A DNA stretch of 64,000 nt from the NCBI RefSeq assembly GCF_009914755.1, contig NC_060929.1; one strand, given 5' to 3'. Shown here one piece after another: positions 35,004-52,150 of this stretch (positions are counted from its first letter, which is position 1; each line of letters starts with the position of its first letter). The notes beneath the pieces are model-generated. The model saw only the letters and a program-made list of their open reading frames with translations, did not search any database and was not told where the DNA came from. The stretch comes from the human T2T-CHM13v2.0 reference genome, Homo sapiens. A program made the position numbers and the translations under genes.

Positions 35004-38000
35004 TTATCTCTAGAAATTAATTCTTACTAATGGATGTCTGTCACTGTAAGATCCTTCTATCCTCTGAAATAAGGAGAACATTTTAACTTCAGTAGTTTAA
35101 ACTAGTGTCCTAAACTATAGCATTCAAAATGAGATAATATGCTAAAGTAATACACAAACCAAAAATCCCAGTGGCTAACACAAAAAGTTTTTCTTACTCA
35201 TTTTACATATCCAGAGTAAGTCAGTAATAGACGCAGACACACCCAGAGACCAAGGATGAGTTGTGATCTGTCTGCACACATAGTTCACAATGCCTGAGTG
35301 AGTTGTGCATTGGCCTTGAAACTTCCACTCATGTTTAATTAATAAAGATTTTGCTCAAATGCCATTTGATGATGAGTTTCATGACCATGATCAACTTTAA
35401 AAGAACTTGGAAGTACAATCCTCAAGCGTTTCTGGAAATAGCAGAACTACAGTATTTGAGAAAAATATTTTTTAATGTATAAAAAATTGGCAGGGTAGGC
35501 TAGCAAGCAAGAGACCTAGAGAAAAGTTGATGTTACAGTCTCAAGACGAAAGGCAATCTGCAGGCAGAATTATTTCCTTCAGGGATCTCAGTCTTTTAAT
35601 ATAATCAATTGACTGGATGAGCCCTACAATATTTTGGAAAATAATCTGCTTTACTCAAAAATTACTGATTTTCATGTTAATCTCATCTAAAAATACTTTC
35701 AGAGCAACAACTAGACTGGTATTTGAATATATAACTCTTTTAACTTTTAAAATATCAAATAATACAGTTATATATATATACACACATATGTATATATGTC
35801 ACCTAAATTGTAGATATCAGAAATCAGAATGCTGTGATATGAATATTTAGTATATTTTAATCATGATAAATTATACATCCTTCTACCTTATGATAATGGA
35901 TTTTAAGATCTATGCTGTTAAACTCTATATTTACCCTTTAATTCATATCTTGCTTATTTTACATTTATCTGAGAATACATTGGGTCTACTAAATCTTTAC
36001 TATCACTCACAGTCTTACGTTTTAAGATAATTTTTCAATAAAATAAAAATTCTTCATTGCACCTAGAAAGGAGCAGGGTTTTGAAAGTGATCAATGATTA
36101 CTCTAATACCTAATATAATAATATAATATAGTAAAAATCAAAATACTTGAATGAAAAATGTAAAATTAATAGTTTTGCTTTCATTGTTTTTATTCCAGTG
36201 TCCATTTTAGAATGTTTTTACTCTAATTGTGTTTTTATGCAAAACCAAATGAGCTTTAGATAATTCCATTGATACATTACATATGAAAGTTCTCGTTAAA
36301 TAGGATATAGCATATTTTACTTAAAAATCCAAATTATAAAATAAAGAGGGATTTTAAGTTGAGTCTAAAATTTTTGTTTCAATTTTGTTTTTATTTAAAG
36401 ACTTGCTATAATTCTGTGAGAGAGCTATAAAAGTCTACTCAGAAACATTATAATGTAAAATGGCCAGAGAAGGACAATGAGATATTTAATTTGCCACGGC
36501 AAAGCCATTGCTGTGAAGAATGGATAATATATGTCAATGGTAATATATGAAGAAATAACACAGGTGAATAGCAGAGGCAATAAATCTGTTTTTACCACAG
36601 GACTTGTCTTACACTTTTCTCTTAGTAATAAATAAAATAATTTTCGACCAGATGGAGCTGGCTTGAAATCCTCTTGTTTATGGCAGTACATATCGGTTAT
36701 GATTCAAAAAATATAGCCCATTTCCAAAAACCTGCAACAAAGAGATACTTTCTCAGGTGATTGTTCAGATCATTATTCATTACAAAGTGTCAGTTTTGTC
36801 TTTATTGATCCTCATTATTGTAAGAAAGTATGTGGTCTTGTCTCCATTCTATTAAAACAACATTGTAGAGATTAGCACTGAGTCTTTTCAGCCATATGCA
36901 TCTGTTCATTTCCGTCTCCAGCTTGAGTTTTTCTGTGTATTACAAAATAAGAAAACAAAAATGACACAATAATCTATTTTGTCTGGTTTTGCTCTTTATT
37001 AGTAGAAATAGACAAGTGAGGAGTTGGAGGAAGAAATTGCTTCTGATCTGTTTTAGATACAGATGAAACTCTCCCTCCCTCCCCGCCCCACCCAATCTTT
37101 CTCTGTCTCCCTCCCTGAGCCTATTCTTGCTTCTTCCCTTTACAAATAATTAACTGCTCAGGTCATGTTGAACCAAAAAATAGCATCTGTAGCCCCTGTG
37201 TGCTTACTTTAAGTATATGTTACTGAAAAATGCGGAGTGAGCACTTACAACTCATTCTCCTGGGAAGCACAGTGATACTATACCCCAAATGCTTTTCTTT
37301 ATCATTTTAATTTTTATCTTCTTTACTTACATTTCCAACATCAGTTAAGAGGGTCTTGTAGTTTTCTAACTGAAAGGAGATTGTAAAATCTCCTTGCTCA
37401 AAACTCAGATGCAGAATATTATTTTTACTACAATAAATACATCTACAACAATGGTATTATATCTGGTTTATTTCAAAGTCAAGTTCTAATATAGGTAAAC
37501 AAATATACTAATAAAGAGATAATGCTTTTCTCATGAAATGTATAATCTAGTAGGAATAAAGATAAACAATTTTTTTAAAAATTCTATTTCATTAAGCAAA
37601 AATGCAACTCAGAAGAATAATGTATATTAGCAGTCATTTACTATTTTTCAATTAAATTCCGATATATATGTAAAGTAAATTATTACTAATATCAAACATA
37701 GTTTAAAGAATTAGTGACTATGTGCACTTGGATCTCCATATGTAATGTACTATCAGCATCTTCACAAACACAGTAAATTTTACTACGCAAGTAAAACTTA
37801 TTTTACTAAACGATGATTACTCCTTCTATATTCATATTCCTAAACACATACAGTTTCTTAATGTAATTAAGTTTTTAACTAAAAAAAGGGAAATGCATTA
37901 TTGAGGCGATAGGATTACTGGGTGGCTATAAACACATCTGCTGCACAGCTGACATTTATCTTCTACAATAAGCAATGACAATTTTATTTTTTAATAATCA

Positions 38001-41000
38001 GTATGGACTAATCCTGATGATTTTTTTTTAACATTTTCAAATAGGGCTGCATATGGCTTAAAATTAATATATACATGTGTACCTATATAATATTCTTATT
38101 TATTAATGGACTTCCTACATAGCTCATATTGACGTTAGATTTAAATGAAATTCCAGAAGGGTTTTCTATAGGTAAGTCATACATTGGATTTCCATATTAC
38201 CTATGATTATTGAAGTATTTATTTCTGTTTTTAAGACTTCAGAGCAATTTTGCTGGTCATTTGTTTTCTGTGTTTTTATTTTGAAATTGTTCTTTGAGGC
38301 ATTGTCCTATTACATTTTTAAGGTATGTTAATAAAATAATATTTTTAATGAAATTTTGCCTACTGCTTTCCAGGTGAACTCTTGTTTAAAGTATTAATTC
38401 GCCAAAAATTACTTATATTCAGAAAATGAACTAAAAAAAATAATATGACGTGTTCAAGAAAGTCGAACAAAAGATACGTGATGTTTGCAACATACACAAC
38501 TCCATACCCTTCTCAAATAGTAAAGAGAATAGTAAATAGAATAGGTAGTAAGCAGAGTAGGAATTGTGGAATATGGAACTCTCAGTCACTCAATTGACTT
38601 TATTTTTTAGTAATACGGGATTTGAATTATTCAAGCTGAAGCCATTAAATATTCATAGTGCTTCATATTATAAAGTTATTGATTAATGTCTTTGGTAAAG
38701 AACACTATTATTTCTGATTACATCAAGGTCATCCCGAGGAACAGGACCAAAGCATAAAGTTTTATATATGAAATATGAGAAGTTAATACATAATTCATAT
38801 TTAACAGATAACATAAATGTTAACCCCTTGGAGAATCTGAAGCTAATACCCATGTTCTTCTGACAATTCTTTATACTGGCAATTTGGAAAATGCCAGTGT
38901 TTTATCGCTACCTATTCTTGTATTATGACATGAATTAATACATATCTGCCTCACTATTCCTGTGGGCAAAAAAAGACTGTGAATTATGTGCCAGAGAGAG
39001 ATTTTACAAAATTAAATGAGGCAAAATACTTTTCCTCTGTATACTCATTAGAAATATGCTGAGTAGTTCCTTTCAGTTCCTTTCACTTTCCGATAAAATA
39101 TAATCAGTTCAGCCATATAACAGATATCTTTTAAACTTTTAATGTCCTCTGTTAGAATGAATATGATATTTGGGACCAATTCACATTTTGGAATAATGTA
39201 CATACTAAGCATAAGTGAAGAATTTAAACATTAACTTGATTTAGGATTGGACTCTTAGTTTTAAAAAGTTGAAAAACGGAATTCCAACAAATTTAAATGG
39301 CTTGTTTAGGGTTTCCACAGGCAATATGGGGTGGTGCAATGGAAAGAGAATTCCTTTAATCTAAACGTGGGCTTTATTCTGGCTCTGCCACATATTGACT
39401 GTTTCATACAAATGTAACTTAAACTGCAGGTGTCATGATTTTTCACACATATACAAATAAAACAATATTGATTATATAGGATTTGTTGAGAAAATGCAAT
39501 TATGCCAAGTACAAGTATTTGGCATATTATCTCACTTTATAAATATTAGCAATTCTTTTTGTGGAGGGAATAAATCTAACATGCTGGCTTTTAGAATTTC
39601 TTCTTATTTTTCTTTCAACTTTATTGCCATGTAACATTAAGTCAATAAATCTGACAATTAGACTGTGGGTAATTTTCTTCCAAATCCATATCTTGTTTTC
39701 TCTATCCATAGTAGCATTTTAAAACAACAGAAGGGAACTTTAATTACAGTAGGTTGGGAGCCATTTTCTCCCTTTGGTCATATTTTCATTGAAATTCCTA
39801 CATTGTTTAATATTAGGACTTAGTATGAATATCAAATCAACAAAGTTGCTCAATACAAATACTATGGAATCATTTTTCTGTCATGCCACAGAACTTATTA
39901 ACTGTATGTTCAAAATGCAGCTCAATTCTGATCATTTTTGCTACTTTCACCACTAGCATCCTGGTGCTAACCACCATCATTTATTGCCCAGGTTATTGAA
40001 ATGGCCAGCAAACAGGTGTTTCTGATTCTGCATAAGGCACCCTTCAGTACATCCTCAAAAGAGCAATTTGTATAATCACTTTAAAACATGTATCAGGTTA
40101 TTACCTTTTTCTGTGTAAAACTCTGATCTCTCATTTCATTCATTGTAAAAGTCAGAACATGCACAATGCTTTATAGATGCTCCACCACATGAAGCCCCCA
40201 ATTCTTCTATGGACTTCCCTCCTTCCACTATGTAATTTTCTCACTCAGCTTCACGTACAGTATTTTCTTGGTTATTACTAAACATGCAACAGATACGGTT
40301 TGTTCTATATCTTCCTCATGCTTTTGGTCAGATGCCATTATCCCAGTGAGGTTTTCCATAGCCACTTTATTCAAAGTCCAAACAATCTGTCCCCTTAGAC
40401 ATTCTCCATTCTTAATTTTTTGCCATTGTACTTACTACAGTCTAACACACTATACATGTTACATTTTTGCTTATTGTTTATTGTATAGTCCCTAGAATAT
40501 TAGTTCCCTGAGGACAGAGATTTCTATAAGCTTTTCCAAAGATGTATCCCCAAAGCCTAGAATGCTACCTGGCAACAAATACTTGTTATAATGAATTAGA
40601 AGTGGGTAGATTCACACATCAGAGACAGCGTAGTGTATATAATGATTTTTTAAAGCATTAGAGTCATAGATACTAGGATTTGTATTATGTCTTCACCATT
40701 TACAATTATGCTACCCTCAACAAGTTGTTTAATCTTTCCATTCCTCAGTTTCCTCATGACTCATATATTGGAAATATTGTCTACCTCAGAGCTCTTCCAA
40801 GAGTAATATTGAGACAATGTTTCAACAATGTTTAGCACATTGCTGAATATTAATACATTATTTCTATTAATGTAAGAAATTTCATAGACTTGCTAGAAAT
40901 AATGAGGATGGAATATAGATGAAGATCATAAAACATGATGGAAATAAATGTTGGAAAATGTGGGTGGTATCCTTAGCACACTCTCTAACGTAAGGAGTAA

Positions 41001-41343
41001 AATCTGTGTCATATGACTTTATCTTTCTTCTGGAAAGTAACAGAATTTAGTAACACACTTTTCTTGACCTGAGGATTTGCCCTTACCACAAAATTGTTTT
41101 TGAAACTTGAGTATTTACAATGGCTTTTTACCAGTTCTTTTATCTTCTACCAGTTCCTCTCCAATTTACTATGGACTGAATTCAGACTAATTTGTTAAGA
41201 GCAAACAAAACAAAACAAAACAAAACAGTTATTACCTCATTCTAGCCTCAAAGCATCTGCCTTTTCAATGCAATCAAAATTAAATGCAATCAAAATTAAA
41301 TGCACAATTCTAATTTTGATGACTTTAGTCCCTGCTTATCTGT

Positions 41344-41699
41344 TATATTAGGCTGTTCTTGTATTGCTAGGAAGAAATATCTGAGACTGGATATTATAAA
41401 AATGTTTAATTGACTCACAGTTCTGCAGGCTGTACAGGAAGCACAGCGGCATCTTCTTCTGGAGAGGCCTCAGGGAGCTTTTATTCATGACAGAAGGCAA
41501 AGCAGGAGCAGGCACTTCACATGGTGAAAGCAGGAACAAGAGAGAGAGAGTGTGTTGGGGTAGGTGCACTACCATGGAGACAGCACCAAGCCACGAAGGA
41601 TTCGACCCCATGATCCAAACACTTCCCACCAAGCTCCACCTTCAGCACTGGGGATCTGGTTTCAACATGAGATTTGGGCGGGACATCCAAACTATATCA
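41344..41699 (-). mobile_element. MST-family (MSTA-like) solo LTR with 5-bp TSD tctgt
   Basis: ggctgttcttgtattgct...ctgagactgg...cacagttctgcaggctgtacaggaagca...atccaaactatatca; tctgt at 41339-41343 and 41700-41704. Confidence 0.85.
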
Positions 41700-42374
41700 T
41701 CTGTCTCCCTCATCCAAGACCATGTGATCCCTAGCTCACTTTTGTCTAGCAACAGATTAAATACGGCATTTTCTGTGTGATATCTTTGTTGAGGTCTTTG
41801 CAGATGCTGTTTCTTTGTCCTGAAACTTTCTTCATCTGCTCTTTCAAAATGAGTGACTCTTCATCCTCGAAGTCTATGCTTATATATTGCTTTTCAGAGG
41901 AATCTTTTCTGAACTGGGCATTCTGCCTTCAACCAACTATTTTCTATTATAGTTTCCTGTTTGTGAGTTAATAGTCCTTTTCAAAATTTGACTACTCATT
42001 TACCTTCTTGGGTTATTTGAAATTATCTCCTCTTCACTAGATTCTATAGAAGCATAGCCATGCCTGCCCTCTTTACTGTTTCTCTACTGACTTGTTGCAA
42101 TGAATATTCTCAGTAAACATGGAAATAAACCAGTTATTCAGATATCCTATCTTGGTGCTTGCTTAGATAACTCCACACTGTGATGCCTAATGACCTACAT
42201 AGGGCTTTCTAGCAAGGAGTGACTTTCTTTATGCTACGTGTAATAATGATCCATCAACTTAAACATATAGTTATATTTCCAGCAGACGGTTTCTTGAAAC
42301 TAATGTCCAGGGTGTAGTTATTCAAAAAAGCAAACTCTTCTCTTGATTTCTGCCATACATTGGTACTCTTTCTC

Positions 42375-44171
<1,797 letters not shown>

Positions 44172-46519
44172 CTACCTTCTGCTTTATTTTGTTTTATATG
44201 ACATTGATGATGTCCATCTATGTTGGCGCATATAATTCTTATCAATTATTTCAAATGCTGTTTAGCATTGTACTATATAAAAATATCAAAACACAGCTCC
44301 CTTTTGTTCATTATATTGCCATTTAGTTTTTTTCTCATTTTTTGCTATTTCAACAAAAAGCTGCTATGAATGTGTATGTGTGTATATATATATTAAATGT
44401 GTATATATATAAATGTATATATATATATATATACACATATATATGTCAGAGTTTCTCTAGGATATAAACCCAGGAACAAAATTTAAAAATCATAGGGTGT
44501 ATTGGATCTTACATCACTGCAGACCCTCTCAGCATTACCTCTTGTTCCAGTCAGAGCCTTGGTTACTATTTTTATGTAGACTTTGGTCAGTTTCATAAAG
44601 ATGGAAGTGATAGTATGTGGCTTCAGACTAAAGCAATAATTCACTTTCTGCTGTGGGATTTCTCAGACAATGTTGTGTGGATTGTTGTAGGCATTTTGCT
44701 TGGTACTCATAAATGCACTGTCTAGACACATTGAGAAGTTAGCATCCATGAGGCTATGCTTGAAAAATGGAACTCCTAGAGCTGATGGATACATATTTCC
44801 CCCGTTGTTTCACTTCAGTGAATGGTCATATAGTATTACATCACCTAACTTAATAATGTGTTCTAGATTTTACTCTCTCTCCCTATAGCACCCATCCTGT
44901 TTCTTATTCTTACTCCACAATACACTCCCAACTTAAACACACAGTCTCTTCTTTAGGTGTTGGGGGTTGGGAGTTATTACAAGATGACATGGTGTATGCA
45001 TTTATTTCTTTGTCTACATTGATCGCACTGATTTACAGTCTCACCAGCAGTTCATAAAATCCTTCCTTGCAGCTAAGATATGGGCACAAGACTAAAATTT
45101 ATATCTTTAGCTGATATCTCATTCCTGAACACTCATCTCATTTGCAACTGCCTTGAATATCAAATAGGCCTCTCAACCTTAGTAAGTAAAACAGAATTCT
45201 TTATCTGCATCCTGCCAATCCTGCTTCTTTCCCAGTAATTTTTCACTCAGTAATTTGAGCCATTATTAATCTATTTTCTAAAGCTTCAAAACATGGAGTC
45301 ATTACCAGCTGTTTTATATACACCATTCCAAGCCATTAGAAAGTCAATTCCATTTCACCTGGAAGTTTATTGCAAATTTGACAATTGTCTCTTACATGAA
45401 CTACTAAAATAGCTTCTCAGCAGCATCTGTGTGCTGCCATTATCCATCCTTCCTCCAGTCTCTTCCCCACCAGGCAATGGAAGTCACCTCTGGCAATATA
45501 ATGCATTTCACATTAGTTTCATTTTTCCAGCTGAAAATCTCAAAAGTATTTCATTTACATGCCTAATAAAAGCTAAAGATATAATCTTGCTCAGAACTAT
45601 AAGCTGGCTTCTCCACCTACCATTATCCTTTGCCTTGATTACTCTGCTCTATATCATCATCTTGCATACCCTAACACATGACTTTTATACTCATTGCTCC
45701 ATCTGTTATAAACATACTGACAAATAATGTTTCCTCTTTAGCAGTGATTTCCTGATCTAATCAATATTTTGGTATCATATAAACTCATTGGATTATTAGT
45801 GATTATCACTAACCTGCTATCATACAATACACATTTAATTTCTTTTCTCCTTGTTTATTGTCTAAACTGCTAGGTAGAAGGGCACTTTATCTATTCTTAT
45901 CACAAATGTAGGACAACGGCTAGCACAAGGTTAGGAACTTACACGGTATTCAATTAATTGTTGTTTGATAATTGATTAAAAACTCTAGAACTTTGGGTTC
46001 CATTCTTATGATGACAATAATATAATGCTAGGGATGCCAAGTGAATAGCAAGTTTAACCAAGTTATCCTGTATGGGGAGCCACAGTTACTTAAAATGTCT
46101 GATAATCCACAGTCCTGGTGATGATGTGGAATATCACTCTCTTAATCAATGCAAACAATTTATTTAATAGTCATAGTGCTAAAGATGGCATGCCCTCCAA
46201 ATGAGCAATTGCACTCTTTGTTATGCATTTATATGAATATGTATATAGGAATAGTCATGATAAAACTACTAATTATTATAAAATTTTTGGAAAAAGCATA
46301 ACTATTAAAAATGAAATTGGTAACTTAAGACTACTCAATACATCAATAAAAATGAATGAACTATGCAAAAACATGGATGAATTTCAAAAACGAAATTTAT
46401 TTTCATTATTTATTAAGAAAGAAAATTTGCACTGTTTCCAAGTCTAATACCAAACAGAACTAAATGGTATTTCTGGATAAACAAATTAGAAAATAAAATT
46501 ATAAAAATTGCAAGAAAAA

Positions 46520-46734
46520 AATTACCACAAAAGTTGGGATAGAAGTTACATTAAGAGATGGCATGGTCTTATACAAAGAAAACCCTAAAGACTCCGAAAG
46601 ACTCCTAGACTTGACAAATGACTGCAATAAAGTTTCAGAATACAAAGTCAATGTCCAGTAGTCAGTAGTATTTCTATATAGCAATAATATTCAAGCTGAG
46701 AACAAAATCAAGAACTCAATCTCATTTACAATAG

Positions 46735-46771
<37 letters not shown>

Positions 46772-49750
46772 ACTGAGAAATACGTTTAACCAAGGAGGTA
46801 AAATATTTCTACAATAAGAACTACAAAAGATGGGTGGAAGAAACCTGAAATAAAACAAACTAATGGAAAAATATCCCATGTTCATGGGTTAAAAAAAATT
46901 AAAAATGACCATGGTGTCCAAAGCAATCTAAAGATTCAATGCAATTTCTATCAAACTACCAATGTCATTTTTCACAGAATTAGAAAACAGCAATCCCAAA
47001 GTGTATATGAAATCCTGAATTGAAAAAATGACCCGGATAGCCAAAGCAATTCTAAGCAAAAAGAACAAAGCTGGAGTCAGCACTTCACCCCATTTCAAAT
47101 TATACTACAAACCTATAGTAACAAGAACAGCATAGTACCAATACAAAAACAGATACATAGTTTAATAAAATTAAATAGAGAACCAAGAAATAAAGCCACA
47201 TACCTTCAACCAACTAATCTTCAACAAAGCATGCACAAATAAACAATGTGGAAAGGATACCTTTTTCAATAAATTGTACTAGAAAAATTGGATATCCATA
47301 TACACAAGAATAAAACTGGGTTCCTATATCTCACCATATATAAAAATTAAGATTGATTAAATACTCAAATGTAAAAACCTGTAAAATTCCTAGAAGAAAA
47401 CCTAGGAAAACTTTACTGAATATCAGCCTTGACAAAGAATTTATGACTAAGTCATCAGAAGCAAATGAAACAAAAATAATAATAGGCAAATGGGACCTAA
47501 GTAAAGTAAAAATCTTCTGCACAGCAAAGGAAATAATCAACAGAGTAAACAGGCAACCTACAGAACAGGAGAAAATATTCACAAATTATGCGTCTAACGA
47601 AGTACTAATATCCAGAATCTACATGGAACTCAATAAATAAATAAATAAACACATTATGTCATTACAAAGTAGGCAAATGACATAAACAGACATTTATCAA
47701 AAGAAGACATGCAAGTTGCCAACAAACATTAAAAAATACTCAAGGTCACTGATGATCATAGAAATGTAAATCAATATTGAAGTGTGTATTAGTCTGTTCT
47801 CATGCTGCTATGAAGAAATACCCGAGACTGGGTAATTTATAAGGAAAAGAACTTTAATGGACTAACAGTTCCATACAGCTGGGTAACATTCAGGAAACTT
47901 ACAATCATGGTGGAAGGGGAAGCAATCAAGTCCTTCTTCACATGGCAGCAGGAAGGAGAAGAATGAGAGCCAAGCAAATGTGGAATCCCCTTATAAAACC
48001 ATCAGATCTTGTGAGACTCACTCACTATCACAAGAACAGCACGGAGGGTAACCGCCCTCATGATTCAATTACCTCCCACCAGGTGCCTCCCATGACACAT
48101 GGGGATTATGAGAACTAAAATTCAAAATGAGATCTGGGTGGGGACACAGCCAAACCACATCAAAAAGTGATTCATTTGACATGGTCTTCCCTATCTTCTC
48201 TCATTTAGGGTAACATTATTTCCTTGAATCAAAAGGGTATCCCTGTAGACTTTGAGTTCATCTTGACATCTTTGAACCATGGATTATCAATTTGCAAATG
48301 TTATTTGTTGAATTATTGAGCTATATTCCTTGAAATGCTTTTAAGAATGATATTTTCATTAAAATAAATGAGGGACTCGAATCCTGATATTTAGGAAGAT
48401 TTCTCAACATCATCACATACAATTATGAATTATTATGGACACAACAGTGGTAGTTTGGATTTTTATTGTGGTTAAACTTAGAAAGTACAAAGTATTCATA
48501 AATCTACATTTTAATATTTTATAATTCAAATGAATTTTAAGTAACTATTTTGATATTCTATAAATAAAAATGTCACCTATACTATATAAGGATTCACTCA
48601 CTTCTGTCTGCATTCTCATCAATACCTGATGTGTTGTGACTTTTAAAAAATAGCCATTCTGACTAGTATAAGGTGACATTTCATTGTGGTTTTAATTTTT
48701 ATTTCTCTGATGATGAGACTGAGCATTATTTCATATGTTTGCTGTCCACTTGTATGTCTTCTTTTGAGAAATGCCTGTTTATGTATTTTGTCCATTTTTT
48801 AATGGGGTTATCTATTTTGTTGTTGTTGTTGAGTTGTTTGAATTTCTTGTCGATTCTGGATATTAGTACTTAGTTGGATGCATAGTTTGCAAATATTTTC
48901 TCACATTCTTCAGGTTATCTGTTTTCTCAGTTATTTCTTTTGCTGTGCAGAAACTTTTTTGTTTAATTGAGTCCCATTTGTCTACTTTTGTTTTTGCTAA
49001 ATTTGCTTTTGAGGTCTTAGTCACAAATTTTTTGCCAAGGCCAATGTCTAGAAGAGTTTTTCCAGGTATTCTATGAGTACTTTTTATATCTTCAGGTATT
49101 ATATTTAATTCTTTAATTCATCCTGAGTTAATTTTGTGGATGGCAACAGATAGGGGCCCAGTTTTATTCCTCTGCATGTGGCTTTCCAATTTTCCCTGCA
49201 CTATTTATTGAAGGGGATATCCTTTTCCCAGTGTATTTTTTTTCAATGTTGTCAAACATCCATTGACTGTAGGTAGGTCCCTTTATAAATATCCACTAAT
49301 AAAGTGACAAAGTGCCTTTGTCACTTTATTCCTGGAATTTCTATTTTGCTCTATTGAGTATTGTGTCCATTTTTATATCAGTATCATATTGTTTTTGTTA
49401 CTATAGCCTTATAGTATAATTAGAAGGAATGTAAATTTGTCCCACCTCTATTAAAACAGTATGAAAATTTTTTCAAGTATTAAAGAGCCACAATTCACTC
49501 TATCAATCCTATACTGGGTGTATACCCAAAAGAAAAAATATCATTATACCAAAAAAGATATTTGCACTCATTTATTTATAGCAGCAATATTCATAGTACC
49601 AAAGATATTGAATCAACATGTGACCATCAACAAATAACTGGATAAAGAAAATGATGTGATATACATATATACATATATACACACACATACACGCACAATG
49701 AATACTACACAGCTATAAAAAATAAATCATTTCACTTGCAGCAATATGGA
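46520..49750. mobile_element. Old L1 ORF2 fragments in both orientations, with a THE1-type solo LTR at 47785-48162 and a (CA)n tract at ~46736-46768
   Basis: aaagtttcagaatacaaagtcaatg, gcaattctaagcaaaaagaacaaagctggag, cttctgcacagcaaaggaaa (sense); gccattctgactag...tcttcttttgagaaatgcctgtt (antisense); THE1 LTR motifs. Confidence 0.8.
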
Positions 49751-52150
49751 AGGATAATTTTACACTTTATGTCTTAGTCTGTTTTGTGCTGCTGTAACAA
49801 AATACCTGAGACTGGGTAATTTATAAAAAATAGAAAATTATTTTCTGATAGTTCTGTAGGCAAGGAAGTCGATGATCAAGATACCAGCATGTAATGAGGG
49901 CCTTCTGTTGCACTCTCAGATAGCATTAGTTTAAATGGCAAGAGAAAGGCAGAACTCTATTTGAGAGGGCTGTTGCAACCTTACAGCATGATACATTTTG
50001 TGAAATGTGGTTTTGAACATTTTTATTAAAAATGTAGGCATCAAAATCTCTACCATTTGTGTCATGTTATAATAATAACTATAAAACTGCATTATTCAGA
50101 ATATGTAACAATAAAAATTAATATTAAAAAGTTTTAAAATGTATTTGCTTTTTCATATATCATTTCTATTGATCATAACAACCAGATATGATAACCAGGG
50201 CCAGATATTTCTACTGTTATCATTAGAAATCAAAGAAAACTAACATATTGGATGGTTTTAAAAATTATAAAAATTGTAAGTGTACATATAAATATTAACT
50301 TGTAAGTCATCCTGCAAGTATTATAATCAAATTTCATTTTCAAATCGTGATGAATCTAACATGATACCTAAGTTTGTACATTGAAAAATGTGTATACATG
50401 TGCACACACTTTTAATTTAGATTTTTCTCATTCTGAGTGATAATGCAGCAAAATTTAAAGAGATTACACTATAATTATGTTTAAAACCTTACTTGCACTT
50501 TTGAAACAAATCACAGGTTAAGTCATGATAACAGGACAAAATATACTTAGCTGCTGAATATAAACAAAGTATACAGAAGCGTAAATCTTGCGAGCACAAA
50601 AGTGTTAAAAACAGCAAGATCTAGAGGCTCAAGTACAAGAGAGATATATTATACCAAGAGCAGTAATCTCAAAAATTTATATCCCAAATGTGTAGACTTG
50701 ATCTTATTTTCAGTCAGTGTGTTCTGTATGGAAGATGAACATGCTCCTGACAATGGAGTATGATTTAGAAAACTATATCCTGCACAGAGGGATATGTGAT
50801 TATATACTGCACTTCTGTGCAAAATTTTAAACAGAATTTAATCAATCACTTTAAAACCTAGATGTATTTGTGGAACAATGACATCACTTTGAAATTATGT
50901 GTAGTTTGTAAATGCACAAAATTAATAATGTATTTTGTGTAAATGGATTACTTTGGAAAGAAACTCATAAGAACTACATTATCAGACAAAACATTCTTTG
51001 AAAATGTGTGTGCTACAAGGCAATTTGCCATTTCATTTTAATAGAATGTTCCATGCTGAAAATGTCTAACTGCTCAGAAGTGGAATAGGAGTGTAAATTT
51101 ATTATCTGAGAAAAGAAAATTAATTGACACAGGCCAAAAATGTAATGGAATTAGACCCATGTGCCTTAGTGAGAACTTAGGAATTCGATCTGGGCTCTAT
51201 GGAGTGATAAAATTATGCAAAAAAAAATGAAGTATGTCATTTTTGCACAAAGCTCAGGATTTCTCAAAGGAATATTACATAAAATAATGAAGTCTCCTTT
51301 ATCTCCAAGACAGTCCAGTCTTAGAACGCAATGGAACATGCCATTTGAAATAAAAAACAAATTTTGTTTTTGTTTTGTTTAGTTATGTTTGGTGCTATTT
51401 TAAGTATTTAACATTCATAAAGAGAGAATTAGCAATTAATGAGATAAAGTTTTAAAAAAATCTAGAGATCAGGACAAGGTAAAAAAAAATCATTCAGTCT
51501 TGCAAATCTGTTATTTAATAGGTCATGTTTTAAGAACTGGGAATACAGATACTGTGTGTATTTTAAATAGAAAATTTGAAATGTACAATAAGTCATTTTT
51601 AAATATAGTCACTCTGCTATAAAGTCAATCTCTAAAACTCAATCTTTGTGTCTAACTGAAACTGTACCCTGTGAACAACATCTCCCCATTCCCTATCCCT
51701 TGCCTCCAGCATTAACTAGCATTCTACTCTCTACTTTTAAGGGTTTGCCTTTTTTCGATTGCTAAAAAGTCCATTTTCAGTGTTCTCACAACAAAAAGAT
51801 AAATATGTGACATAAGAGATGTGTTAAGCAGCTTGATTTAATCATTCCACAGTATAAATATATACGAAGACATCATACTGTACCCCTCAAAACAATTATT
51901 ATTTATTTAAAACATTTAAAAACAAAAAATGAGACAAATATCAGGAAAGTAATTTTATACATAAGCTAGATAATTGCCTATAGCTGCGTATGCTGTGAAA
52001 TAATTTCTGTTTGAAAAGACAGGAAAAATTATATGGCAAAACCATAGTGCAGTAATAAATTTGTCATGTTTAGTAAACAAAATATAGTTCAATGTGACTG
52101 AAGCATACTAAGAGGCAGAAGAATGTGGTGTACACTGTAGTGTAGAGGAG

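Noticed and set aside
47331-47640. ORF resembling L1 ORF2 (KWDLSKVKIFCTAKEIINRVNRQPTE)
   Set aside because: Short decayed L1 fragment; not an active element.
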